From positions 45,858 through 109,857 of the IMG/VR virus record IMGVR_UViG_3300028048_001412: 64,000 nt of DNA, one strand, 5' to 3'. Below are positions 49,938 to 59,319 of the stretch, in pieces. The notes beneath the pieces are model-generated. The model was not told where the DNA came from, searched no databases, and was given only the letters and a program-made list of their open reading frames with translations. This DNA is from a virus. Lineage: Duplodnaviria; Heunggongvirae; Uroviricota; Caudoviricetes. Position 1 is the first letter of the stretch. Each line of letters begins with the position of its first letter. A program made the position numbers and the translations under genes.

Positions 49938-50961
49938 TATTTTTCATTCCTTTCTTAATTTTAGATTTAGCTTGATCTATAATCTTTCCTAATTTTTCAT
50001 CTTGGAAATGTCCTTTCTCCCAAGTGTCAATCATTTTCTTTAATTTAGATGGCATTGCAAATGAATATATTCCACCTTTTTCAAGTATTCTTCTTGCTCT
50101 AGCCATTTCAGTTGCATCTGTATCTAATGTTGCATATTTTTTAATATCTACTCCATGCATTATTCCTAAAGCAATTTCATGTAATTGCATTCTATCATAA
50201 GGTTCAGTTGTTAACATATTTGCAACTACATTAAAATGTTTATTTTTAAATAATTGTAAATAATACATTAAAGTTAAATCAGAATATGCTTTATTATTTA
50301 ATCTAAACTTTTCTACATAAGGACCATATCCTAATATATACATCATTTTGATAGGTTTTCTTAAATTATCAAGTTTATAATTTTTCTTTTCTACTTCAGT
50401 TTTAGTTTCAGTAATATCTTCTTCAACTAATTCTACTTTACCTTTAGTTAATCTAGTTCCTACTACTATTTTTGGTACACATGAAATAACTCCGTCTTTA
50501 TTTTCTATATAATTACCTTTAGTAAGAACCATTTCTGAACCATTTCTTAAGAATAAATTGTTTATAATATTATTTTTACCTTTTAAACAATTTACTGCTT
50601 GTTCAGAAGACATTTTATATAATTCACCATTACTATCACTTAATATAATTCCTAATCTTTCACCTTGTAAATTATAACATAATCCTACAGTAGTTAATGA
50701 ATTACCACCTAAAGCTTTTTTAGTTAAAGGAGATTCTATAATAGGTTGTCCATTTTTAAATCCAGAGAAATTAACATAAGGACATTTTATTGATAATTCT
50801 TTAGGTTGAGGTTCTCCTTCCTTATGAATAATAACTTTTTTATTAGTAATAGCTTCAGAAATTAAATCAGTAAAATTATCTAATTTCTCTTGAACATCTA
50901 TTAATAAATATACTGATCCTTTTTTAGGAATATGTTTTATTAAACATAAAACCTTACTCAT
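49930..50961 (-). CDS. Hypothetical protein with the shared element-specific module and a C-terminal helical repeat unit
   Basis: RLGIILSDSNGELY...IINNLFL; C-terminal YDRMQLHEIALGIMHGVDIKKYA...DATEMARARRILEKG. Confidence 0.72.
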   Translation of the reverse strand: MSKVLCLIKHIPKKGSVYLLIDVQEKLDNFTDLISEAITNKKVIIHKEGEPQPKELSIKCPYVNFSGFKNGQPIIESPLTKKALGGNSLTTVGLCYNLQGERLGIILSDSNGELYKMSSEQAVNCLKGKNNIINNLFLRNGSEMVLTKGNYIENKDGVISCVPKIVVGTRLTKGKVELVEEDITETKTEVEKKNYKLDNLRKPIKMMYILGYGPYVEKFRLNNKAYSDLTLMYYLQLFKNKHFNVVANMLTTEPYDRMQLHEIALGIMHGVDIKKYATLDTDATEMARARRILEKGGIYSFAMPSKLKKMIDTWEKGHFQDEKLGKIIDQAKSKIKKGMKNNG

Positions 50962-50963
50962 TA

Positions 50964-52316
50964 TTATAATTCTCCTTTTTCAAATAAATTAGCTTTAATA
51001 GCGGCTGATTGTAAACTTTCTTTCAATTCACTAATCTTAAGCTCTGGGAATCTTGATCTAACTGTATCTATAATACTTGTTAAAACTTCTACTGATGAAT
51101 TATCATAAATGAAATCTGTATTATTTAATACATTCTTATAAGCTTTTTGAGCTAATTTAGTATCTTTCATTATTTGATCATCACCTGCAATATTAGAAAG
51201 AGTAGTATATATAGATAATAATTTTAATTGATTACTTAATCCTTTATAATTTTTATATTTTGCTGGTGCTTTAGAAAAATCTTCAGTAGATAATAATTCT
51301 GGCGGAATCATATCTTGTTTATTTTCTATATAAATCATAAAGTCATCAGTTAATGAACCTATTAAAGTAAATGCTTCTTCTCTTATATAATCTAAATATT
51401 CATCTACTGATTTAAATATTCCACATTCTAAATAATAATCTGCATCATATATTGAAGCATTTAATTTTTCCCATTGTCTTGGATTTGGAGTAGTTGCACC
51501 TTCATTCATTCTTATATCTTCAGTTGTATCTATTTGTAAATTATCAGGTTTATCTTCAAGATAAGCCATAATTAATGGGTGAATACCTTTTCTTCCTGTT
51601 TCTTCTTCTACCCAATCCATAGCCCATTTTTTCCAATCTTTAAAATCAGGTTTTACAAACCAAACTTGGAATCTATTTTTAACATTATATCCAAAAGTAG
51701 TTGTTCCTTCTTGTATTGTATCCATTGTATTACCAGCGGCAATTACTATCCAAGATGGAGGAATAATTGGATATACTTTTTTCATTTCACCAGTAGTTTT
51801 TTGTAATGGAGTTCCACAAAGAGTAAGTAATTCAGTTCTAGTAGACCAATCCATACTTGTAATTTCGTCTAAAAATAATATACCTGGTTTATTATATGCT
51901 AAATTAGGATCTTTTGCTTCTTTCTCATCTTTTGGAGGTGGTGGTAAAATATAATCCATCATTAATTTAGATATACTATCTAATTTACCATCTGGTCTAG
52001 TTGATACTGGAACTGGAATACCATTAATTTCTCCTCTTTCTAATTGATCACAAGGAACACATTTAATAGCAACATCAATATCAACTCCAAATTCTTTTTT
52101 GATATCTTCACCTATACATTGAATTGATTGTGTCTTTCCGGCACCTGGTTCTGATATTAACCAATAATTTCTTTTAATTTTAGGTTTTACACCAGCTTTA
52201 ACAGCTCTATTTATACTTATAAGTTCAAGTTTAACATGTCTTAATGCCTCTTTTAAAGAACCTCTCATTTGAACTGGTTGTATTACTACTGTTTTTTCTT
52301 CTGCTTTTGAAGCCAT
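50964..52316 (-). CDS. MoxR-like (AAA_5 type) ATPase
   Basis: SEPGAGKT, GILFLDEIT, WIVIAAGN, NRF and PNPRQWE; directly downstream of a VWA/metallopeptidase gene. Confidence 0.88.
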   Translation of the reverse strand: MASKAEEKTVVIQPVQMRGSLKEALRHVKLELISINRAVKAGVKPKIKRNYWLISEPGAGKTQSIQCIGEDIKKEFGVDIDVAIKCVPCDQLERGEINGIPVPVSTRPDGKLDSISKLMMDYILPPPPKDEKEAKDPNLAYNKPGILFLDEITSMDWSTRTELLTLCGTPLQKTTGEMKKVYPIIPPSWIVIAAGNTMDTIQEGTTTFGYNVKNRFQVWFVKPDFKDWKKWAMDWVEEETGRKGIHPLIMAYLEDKPDNLQIDTTEDIRMNEGATTPNPRQWEKLNASIYDADYYLECGIFKSVDEYLDYIREEAFTLIGSLTDDFMIYIENKQDMIPPELLSTEDFSKAPAKYKNYKGLSNQLKLLSIYTTLSNIAGDDQIMKDTKLAQKAYKNVLNNTDFIYDNSSVEVLTSIIDTVRSRFPELKISELKESLQSAAIKANLFEKGEL

Positions 52317-52319
52317 ATA

Positions 52320-54203
52320 TTACTCATCTCCTTTTTTAGCTATACATTTTACTCCAAATGGAGCATTAAATGATCTATAATATGATTCATTGTATAATAC
52401 CCATATTACATATTTGAATTTTTTAGCCCATGATTTATCAGGCATATCAAAATATCCATCAGTATATACAACTAAATAATCAATCTTTTGTTTAACCGCA
52501 AATTCTAATGTCTTTTTTATATCAGTTCCACCAAATCCTTTTGCTTCTACTTTTTTAAATTGATTGAAATCTTTAAATTTACCCCAAGATGCAACTTCTG
52601 TATCCCAATAACATACAATACCTTCTACTCCATTTTGAAATTGTGTTAATAATGTATGTGTTTGATTATAAAATAAATTTAAATTATCATCATCTATTGA
52701 ACCTGAAGTATCTATTGCTAATAATAAATTCTTAAGTTTATTCTTTTCTCTTACTGCTCCTGGCATTATTGCTTTATATCCAGTAAATCTAGTAATTCTA
52801 TTTTGATGTGCTTTAGTATAAGTAGCAGACATATTTAGACTTTCTCTTAAGAATGGTTTTAATTTTTCTACCCATCCTACTGGTTCTGGTTGATTCCAAA
52901 GTTCAAATAATCTTGCTATATTTCCACATCCATCTCCGTGTTCTTTAGATTGAGAAAATTTTCTTAATGCTTTTTCTACTGAATCTTTTATTCTTTGTTC
53001 TACTGATTCATCTTTTCTATTTATACTTTCTGAATCTTCTTTTATATCTTCTAAATCTGCTTCACCTATTTCAATAGTATGACCATCTAAAGTAATTGTC
53101 TTTTTACCCTTACCTTTTCCTTTTTGGCTTTTAGAATTTTGATCTTGATTTTCATCTTGTGAATCATTATTTCCATTAGAATCTTGATTAGAATCACCAT
53201 CTTGACCATTTTCTGAAGAATCTCCATCACCATTCATATTACTATTAAAATTAGGATTTTGTTGAACTAATCTATTATAAATAGTTTCTGTAGTTTCTTT
53301 TTCTATGTCAATTGTACTAATATATAATCCACCATGAGCAAATTCTGCATCAGGACCTTCTTTAGATGGAGTACATTGTAAATCTAAAGATAATGTTTTA
53401 TTTATAATTAAGTCTCCTGCAATATTCCATAATTGAGAATTTCTTTTTCTTATTCTCGCATGATGTTTAAATACAATATGACCTGCTTCATGACAAAGAA
53501 TAAATACCATTTCTTTTACTGTTCTTTGTAAAGCAAATTCAGAATTGACAAATAAAAATCCTGGTGAAACTCCTAATGTTTTACATCTTTTATCATCAAA
53601 TCTAGTAGTTAATTCACTTAAAATTAAATAATAGAAAAGATATTTTTTCTTAATTATACTTTTAGCTCTTAATATTAAATCTTCTGCTTTTCTATCAATT
53701 GGTGTTTTTTCAAATGATAATTCTAATGTATTTATAAATCTAGGATTTGATTTTACTTCTTGTGATATATTTTGATTATAAATAGCATTTCTTTGTTCTT
53801 TAGATAAATCTTCTGAAAATGCACTTTGAACATCTATTTTGGATTTATCTAAAGATTTATCTACTTTATCTTTCAATGATTTTATATAATCATCTTGAGT
53901 AGATACTTTTATTCCTTTAAATGTTTTTCCTTTAGGTTGTACTTTTTCTACTATTTCTTCATAAGGAATATTTTTAGATTTTACACTATTAATGGCTTTT
54001 TCATAAGGAACATTTGTTAAAATCATTCCTTTACCATCTTTCAATCTACATACACTGCAAAGTTTTTCAGCAGGGCTAATTTCTTCAATCTTAAATATTA
54101 TTGTTTTTCCATCACAGTTCTTATCACAAACTGCATTAGTCCCTTTCTTTGTGTATTCATTTTCAGTATCTAATATTTGATTTTCACCAATATAAATTAA
54201 CAA
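52320..54203 (-). CDS. Metallopeptidase (HExxH) plus VWA-like protein (DUF2201-type)
   Basis: FILCHEAGHIVFKH zincin motif; WNIAGDLIIN; D/N/S/Q linker; LAIDTSGSI MIDAS; GGTD; VYTDGY. Confidence 0.88.
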   Translation of the reverse strand: MLIYIGENQILDTENEYTKKGTNAVCDKNCDGKTIIFKIEEISPAEKLCSVCRLKDGKGMILTNVPYEKAINSVKSKNIPYEEIVEKVQPKGKTFKGIKVSTQDDYIKSLKDKVDKSLDKSKIDVQSAFSEDLSKEQRNAIYNQNISQEVKSNPRFINTLELSFEKTPIDRKAEDLILRAKSIIKKKYLFYYLILSELTTRFDDKRCKTLGVSPGFLFVNSEFALQRTVKEMVFILCHEAGHIVFKHHARIRKRNSQLWNIAGDLIINKTLSLDLQCTPSKEGPDAEFAHGGLYISTIDIEKETTETIYNRLVQQNPNFNSNMNGDGDSSENGQDGDSNQDSNGNNDSQDENQDQNSKSQKGKGKGKKTITLDGHTIEIGEADLEDIKEDSESINRKDESVEQRIKDSVEKALRKFSQSKEHGDGCGNIARLFELWNQPEPVGWVEKLKPFLRESLNMSATYTKAHQNRITRFTGYKAIMPGAVREKNKLKNLLLAIDTSGSIDDDNLNLFYNQTHTLLTQFQNGVEGIVCYWDTEVASWGKFKDFNQFKKVEAKGFGGTDIKKTLEFAVKQKIDYLVVYTDGYFDMPDKSWAKKFKYVIWVLYNESYYRSFNAPFGVKCIAKKGDE

Positions 54204-54221
54204 TTTGTTTATTATCCTTTT

Positions 54222-54494
54222 TTACTTTTTAAATTTAGCCCATTTTTTATCGTTATATTCTTTTTCCATTTCTTCAACAGTTCTTTTTTTAGTATAGTCT
54301 TTTATAATTTTATCTAAAACTGTTATATATTCTTTAGTAACAGCTTGTCTATTTTTGCCAAGTTGTTCTTTCATTTTCTTTGCTTCAGCGGCAATTTTCT
54401 TTCTGTTTCCATCACCTACTAATAATGTAAAATGTTCTACTAAAGAATCATAAATTTCCTTCAAATTACTTTTTGCACTTATTTCGTAATTCAT
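54222..54494 (-). CDS. Small hypothetical protein
   Basis: 90 aa; helical and basic. Confidence 0.7.
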   Translation of the reverse strand: MNYEISAKSNLKEIYDSLVEHFTLLVGDGNRKKIAAEAKKMKEQLGKNRQAVTKEYITVLDKIIKDYTKKRTVEEMEKEYNDKKWAKFKK

Positions 54495-54550
54495 AATCTT
54501 TCTCTTTAAACCTCTTCTACTTCATTAAATATTTTTGCTTAACATAAAAA

Positions 54551-54712
54551 TTAAGATGTAAAAACTAGATCACCTTCAGAATTGTATACATTTATGAAGT
54601 CAGAAGACCAAAGATTTTCACCTTGAATATAACCTAAAGCTTCATTTAAATCAATACATCTTACAAAATGTCTAAATTTCTCACCTTTATAACTACAAAG
54701 TATCAACCACAT
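54551..54712 (-). CDS. Small hypothetical protein, 53 aa (not in ORF track)
   Basis: MWLILCSYKGEKFRHFVRCIDLNEALGYIQGENLWSSDFINVYNSEGDLVFTS*; AAAGGAG RBS; first ORF after box-promoter E. Confidence 0.7.
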   Translation of the reverse strand: MWLILCSYKGEKFRHFVRCIDLNEALGYIQGENLWSSDFINVYNSEGDLVFTS

Positions 54713-54782
54713 AAAAAAGAAATTACTCCTTTATAATTAAATGGTAATTTTAATAATTTCTTTCACTTTATTCATCTTTTAT

Positions 54783-54825
54783 ATTATATATGATTTTCAG
54801 ATATGAATATATAAAAAATATTATA
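54783..54825 (-). promoter_or_regulatory. Box-type promoter E
   Basis: TATAATATTTTTTAT-atattcatatctgaaaatcata-TATAAT; the box overlaps the stop codon of 54821..56338. Confidence 0.65.
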
Positions 54826-56338
54826 AAATCTCTGTTTTTTCAGATTTTTCAGAAAATAAAGACTTATATTCTTTAGAATTTTCAAATGTTTTTTCATATT
54901 CTCTAACTCTATTATATTCAGGTAATATTACTTGTTCAAATATCTCTTTTCTCATTTTTCTAAATTTATGATTCTTTTGTGAATAACAACAATCATATAC
55001 ATTCCATAATATTTCATCAGGATTATCTTTTAATATTCTTTTCATCAATTCAATGGCCATTACTGATTCCCACCAGAATACTTCATTAGATAAAGTTTTT
55101 CTACAATTCATTTCATCAAATAAAACATTACAGAATCTAGATAATCTTTCTTTATAATTAGTATCATCTATATTTAATAATTTAGATAAATTTTCTAGTC
55201 TTTTTTCATCTTTATTTTTAAATTCATATAATCCTTTTAATCTTGCATATGCTAATTTAGGAGAATGACTAAAATAAGCTGGTAAAAAGTTCATTTTAAT
55301 TGCTTCTCTTAATTCAGATTGTTTATGAGATTCTATATGAAATTCTTTACATAATTTATCAGCAACTTTTCCATAGATATCATGATTTTCATTAATCCAT
55401 TTTTTAGTAGAAATAGATTTTTGAAGTCTAGGAATTTCGGATTTAATATCATTTTCTCCAAAATCGTGTAAATTATATCTTTCCATTACTATTTGTTTTA
55501 CTTTTTTATGGCCTTGTTCTTTTTGTAATTTTTCAAATAAAATATCATCACCATTACATATTTTAGCTCTTCCGTTACACATAGAATTAGTTAATCTAAT
55601 TGATATTTTAGCTAATCTATCATTATTTTTTTTACAATGTTTTATATGTAAATCTAATGTTCCTTGAAGAGGAATAGGTAATGATTCATTTATCTTTTCT
55701 AATTTTTCTTTCCATTGATTTATATGATATTTATGTTCTATCTTTTTAGCAATTAATTCAGGATTATATTTAGTAAAGTTTCTATATTGGTCTGCGCTTA
55801 TAGTAACTGTATTATCATGTAAAGTTTTAGGTTTTCTATTTTTAGGTAATTCTTTCTTTTTAGTTCTTGATAATATAAACTTATCATTATGTTTTATTCC
55901 ATAATTATCAAGTTTAGTTATTAAATTCATTAATTTTTCTTGATTAACTTTGAATCTAACAGAAAAATTAAGTTTTTTCATAGGATAAGTATCATAGAAT
56001 ATATAAGTTTGACCGCCTTCTTCTTTAGGACATAAATAAAGTTCTCTTTTTCCTTTATCATTAATGAAACTTTTCAAATATAAAGGTTCAATAATATTTT
56101 CTTTTTTAAGATATCTTATATAACTATATCCTGTATTTGTATTTCCATTGAATATTTCCCAATTTTTAGAATATATAAAATCAGTATTTTCATCAACTTC
56201 ATTATAGTATTTATTTTTTCTTGCATTTTCAGACAGAGATTTTATATGGTAGCAAAAAGTAGATAAATTCACTGGACTTAAGAATTTACCCATATTTAAT
56301 TCTGACCTTATTTTTTGAAACGCTGTCTGTTCACTCAT
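54821..56338 (-). CDS. Divergent family-A-polymerase-like protein (TV-Pol-like); candidate replication initiator/primase
   Basis: Motif A-like ENDIKSEIPRL, motif B-like REAIKMNFLPAYF and motif C-like WNVYDCCY, in the correct order; no exonuclease domain. Confidence 0.5.
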   Translation of the reverse strand: MSEQTAFQKIRSELNMGKFLSPVNLSTFCYHIKSLSENARKNKYYNEVDENTDFIYSKNWEIFNGNTNTGYSYIRYLKKENIIEPLYLKSFINDKGKRELYLCPKEEGGQTYIFYDTYPMKKLNFSVRFKVNQEKLMNLITKLDNYGIKHNDKFILSRTKKKELPKNRKPKTLHDNTVTISADQYRNFTKYNPELIAKKIEHKYHINQWKEKLEKINESLPIPLQGTLDLHIKHCKKNNDRLAKISIRLTNSMCNGRAKICNGDDILFEKLQKEQGHKKVKQIVMERYNLHDFGENDIKSEIPRLQKSISTKKWINENHDIYGKVADKLCKEFHIESHKQSELREAIKMNFLPAYFSHSPKLAYARLKGLYEFKNKDEKRLENLSKLLNIDDTNYKERLSRFCNVLFDEMNCRKTLSNEVFWWESVMAIELMKRILKDNPDEILWNVYDCCYSQKNHKFRKMRKEIFEQVILPEYNRVREYEKTFENSKEYKSLFSEKSEKTEIL

Positions 56339-56401
56339 AAATATTCTCTTTTATTTATTTACTTAGTTAATTTTATTTATTATGTTATATTTATTTTTAA
56401 T

Positions 56402-56444
56402 ATTATACTATATTTTTTATCTTTATTATATAAAAAATAATATA
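56402..56444 (-). promoter_or_regulatory. Box-type promoter F (variant box)
   Basis: TATATTATTTTTTAT-ataataaagataaaaaatatag-TATAAT. Confidence 0.55.
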
Positions 56445-56556
56445 TTATATCCCATAACATTTAATATGTCCCTGAAATCAACTAAATTTAACATATTTTT
56501 AACACCTGAATTTTCATATGTTAATAAAAAATTAATAATTTTTTTTTATTAAACCC

Positions 56557-56585
56557 TTGATTTTTTATAATTATTATATTATAAT
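56557..56585 (+). promoter_or_regulatory. Canonical sigma-A promoter for the sigma-like gene
   Basis: TTGATT-N17-TATAAT, ~35 nt upstream of ATG 56621; GAGGAG RBS. Confidence 0.75.
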
Positions 56586-56620
56586 AATATAAAAATTTAA
56601 TAGAGGAGAAACTGTTTTTT

Positions 56621-57391
56621 ATGAAAGTAGAAATTAACGACATCGAGACTAATCCTGAATATCGTAGATGGGTAGGTGAAAAGAAAGAAGCTTACCCAGA
56701 TATAAACATGATTAAAAATTACTATGAAACTCATTCATTAGAAATGCTCAATGAAATATTGAGAAGATTCCAAAGACTCATTATTAAGATTCTAAATGAT
56801 AATTCTACATTATGGGAAAAAAATCCAAGAGTTAGTAAAGAAGATTTAATTCAAGAATTAAATCTAGCAATAGTAGAAACATTAAATGAAGAAGTGTATA
56901 AGATTAAAGATGGTGGAGTTCAGCCTTCTACTTATTTTTATGGAGTATGCTATTCACATATTTTGATTTATCTTGAAAAGAATTCTGATTCTATTTTTAC
57001 CCATAAGAATTTAGCAGATATCAAGAAAGAAAAAATTATTAAAGAATTTGGAGATTCAGATGAAGTTTTAAAGAAACATGGAATTAAAAAGAAAAATTTA
57101 AGTAGATGGTTGCCAAAGACTATTAAATCATTCACGGATAAACCATCTGAAGATAGTAAACATACTTATGAAGAATTAATTCCAGATGGTAGATTAAATC
57201 CAGAACAAGAACTATATCAAAGGCAAAAAGAAGAAATGGTAGATAATATTTTAAGAGAAAATCTTAAAGAAGAAGAGTATAATATAGTAAGAGATTATAT
57301 GGATGAAAATTCCAAAAGAAAAATTCCTATAAATATTAGAACTAAATTATCTAAAATAGATAAATTAAGAAAATTATTCGAGGAAGGATAA
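56621..57391 (+). CDS. Sigma-70-family-like RNA polymerase factor with degenerate or truncated region 4
   Basis: Region 2: EDLIQELNLAIVETL...PSTYFYGVCYSHILIYL; region 3.2-like SFTDKPSEDSKHTYEELIPDGRLNPEQ; no region 4.2 HTH pattern. Confidence 0.72.
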   Translation: MKVEINDIETNPEYRRWVGEKKEAYPDINMIKNYYETHSLEMLNEILRRFQRLIIKILNDNSTLWEKNPRVSKEDLIQELNLAIVETLNEEVYKIKDGGVQPSTYFYGVCYSHILIYLEKNSDSIFTHKNLADIKKEKIIKEFGDSDEVLKKHGIKKKNLSRWLPKTIKSFTDKPSEDSKHTYEELIPDGRLNPEQELYQRQKEEMVDNILRENLKEEEYNIVRDYMDENSKRKIPINIRTKLSKIDKLRKLFEEG

Positions 57392-57402
57392 GGTGAAAAT
57401 AT

Positions 57403-58356
57403 ATGTTAAAGAGATTTGAACTTAAAAAATTATTTGTAAATTTAATTCCTTTATATTATGCTATAATGATTTATTTTACAATAGGTCAACTTATATATTA
57501 TTTCATAGTTGATACTAATCTTACTAATGTGAGTATATTTAAGGCAATACCAATATTAGTAGAAAAGATGAATAATCATTCAGTAATATCTACAATATGT
57601 TTTCTATTTGGAATAGGAATTATGTATTTCATATTTTATGAATTAAATTCTGAATTGGATGATGTTTATAAAAAATATTCTGACACATTATTTTTAATAA
57701 TTACTCCTATTATGCTTTTATTATTCTTTGATATAATTGATGTAATATTTAAAATTATATCATTTTTATCTAGTTTTGGATTATCTTATATAATAGTCCA
57801 TTTATCAATAATGAGTGGAATATATTATTTGATAAATAAAAAAGATAAAAATCTAAAATGGAATGTATTATGTAGCTTTACTGATTATATATTTATATTT
57901 TCTGCATTTTTCTTCGCGATGAGAATAATTGCTCAAATGTTAGAATCCGATAAATACACCACTATATTATATTTTTTATTTAATCATAAATTAAGAACTA
58001 TCATTTGCATGTATGTGACTTTCCTTTTAATTCTTTTATTTTCAAATGCTCAAATAGATGATAAAGGAAATATTATACCTAGTAAATATCCTAATAAAAA
58101 ATATAGTAAAAAAGAAATAGAAGATATAAAATTTAGTTCTAAAATAAAAGCAATATTTTCTATGATATTATTTTTAATAATAGATATATGTGAATTAAAA
58201 ATATGGAGAATAATAGGTGATAAATTAAAGGAAATGTTCAATAATCTATATGATTGGGTAAATAGTTTTAAATTTATCCCTTGGATAATGGGAACAATTT
58301 GCATTATAATAATTATTATTGCATTTATATCAAGTATAAAGAAAGAAGGTAAATAA
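57403..58356 (+). CDS. Polytopic membrane protein
   Basis: About 8 hydrophobic helices; C-terminal FIPWI motif. Confidence 0.75.
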   Translation: MLKRFELKKLFVNLIPLYYAIMIYFTIGQLIYYFIVDTNLTNVSIFKAIPILVEKMNNHSVISTICFLFGIGIMYFIFYELNSELDDVYKKYSDTLFLIITPIMLLLFFDIIDVIFKIISFLSSFGLSYIIVHLSIMSGIYYLINKKDKNLKWNVLCSFTDYIFIFSAFFFAMRIIAQMLESDKYTTILYFLFNHKLRTIICMYVTFLLILLFSNAQIDDKGNIIPSKYPNKKYSKKEIEDIKFSSKIKAIFSMILFLIIDICELKIWRIIGDKLKEMFNNLYDWVNSFKFIPWIMGTICIIIIIIAFISSIKKEGK

Positions 58357-58357
58357 T

Positions 58358-59302
58358 ATGAAAAATATGAAATCTAAACGAAAGAATGAAGATAAAAATA
58401 ATAATTTCAAAAATATTTTTAAATTAAGTATTTTAAACCGAATATTAGTATTTATTTTGTTATGTTCATTTGTATTTGCATTACTTCAATTTTCATTTGG
58501 AATGTTTGGATTGAGTTCAGATCTCATCGAGACATATAAAAGTGATTTATATAAAACTTTTATTTATAGTTCTTCATTTGATGATAAAATTCCAGTAGAT
58601 GGAGGATATATTTATAATTATCAACAAGATGATTTTAATTGGGAACCTATTAATTATACAGTGGATGATAAAGGAATTCCTGTTGATAAAAAAGCATATT
58701 ATTATGCTTGTCAAAAACAAAATGAGATTCAAATTAAGAAAATAATGGAAGATGAATATAAAAAGCCAATAAAAGAAATTAGTCATTCTGAAATAGAAGA
58801 ATCTCTTAAAAAATATATTTCAAAAGCAGAAAATTTAAATATTTATTTCAAATCCTCTAATTTATTTGAAAATCAAAATGAATTATATAACGTATTAAAT
58901 AAAAATAGTGGTGTAAGTACAATAGCATTTTTAATTATATTTTTATTAATTTATTTTACAGTCTCTCAATGTAAATGCTATATGAGGAATCCGTTATTAT
59001 GGATATGTGATTTCAATCATTATTTAGAAGATAAAATACATATAATTAGTAATTATGAAGATATTAAAAAGGAATTAATAGAACAAAATTTATTTTATTC
59101 AGCAATTAGTATATTTTTAATTATGCCTTTATATGTAATTAATTTACTTAAAATAATAATTGAAAAAATATATAATTTCATTATTGAATTTACTATAGAA
59201 ATAAATTTCATTCCTTGGATTATATGTTCTTTTATAATGATAGGAATTGCATTGATAATTTTTGGAATACATAAGAAATATGATATTAAAAATATAAAAT
59301 AA
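58358..59302 (+). CDS. Membrane protein with extracellular loop; probable distant paralog of the upstream gene
   Basis: About 4 TMs; same C-terminal FIPWI-TM-basic tail. Confidence 0.72.
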   Translation: MKNMKSKRKNEDKNNNFKNIFKLSILNRILVFILLCSFVFALLQFSFGMFGLSSDLIETYKSDLYKTFIYSSSFDDKIPVDGGYIYNYQQDDFNWEPINYTVDDKGIPVDKKAYYYACQKQNEIQIKKIMEDEYKKPIKEISHSEIEESLKKYISKAENLNIYFKSSNLFENQNELYNVLNKNSGVSTIAFLIIFLLIYFTVSQCKCYMRNPLLWICDFNHYLEDKIHIISNYEDIKKELIEQNLFYSAISIFLIMPLYVINLLKIIIEKIYNFIIEFTIEINFIPWIICSFIMIGIALIIFGIHKKYDIKNIK

Positions 59303-59319
59303 TGGAGGAAGTATAAATT

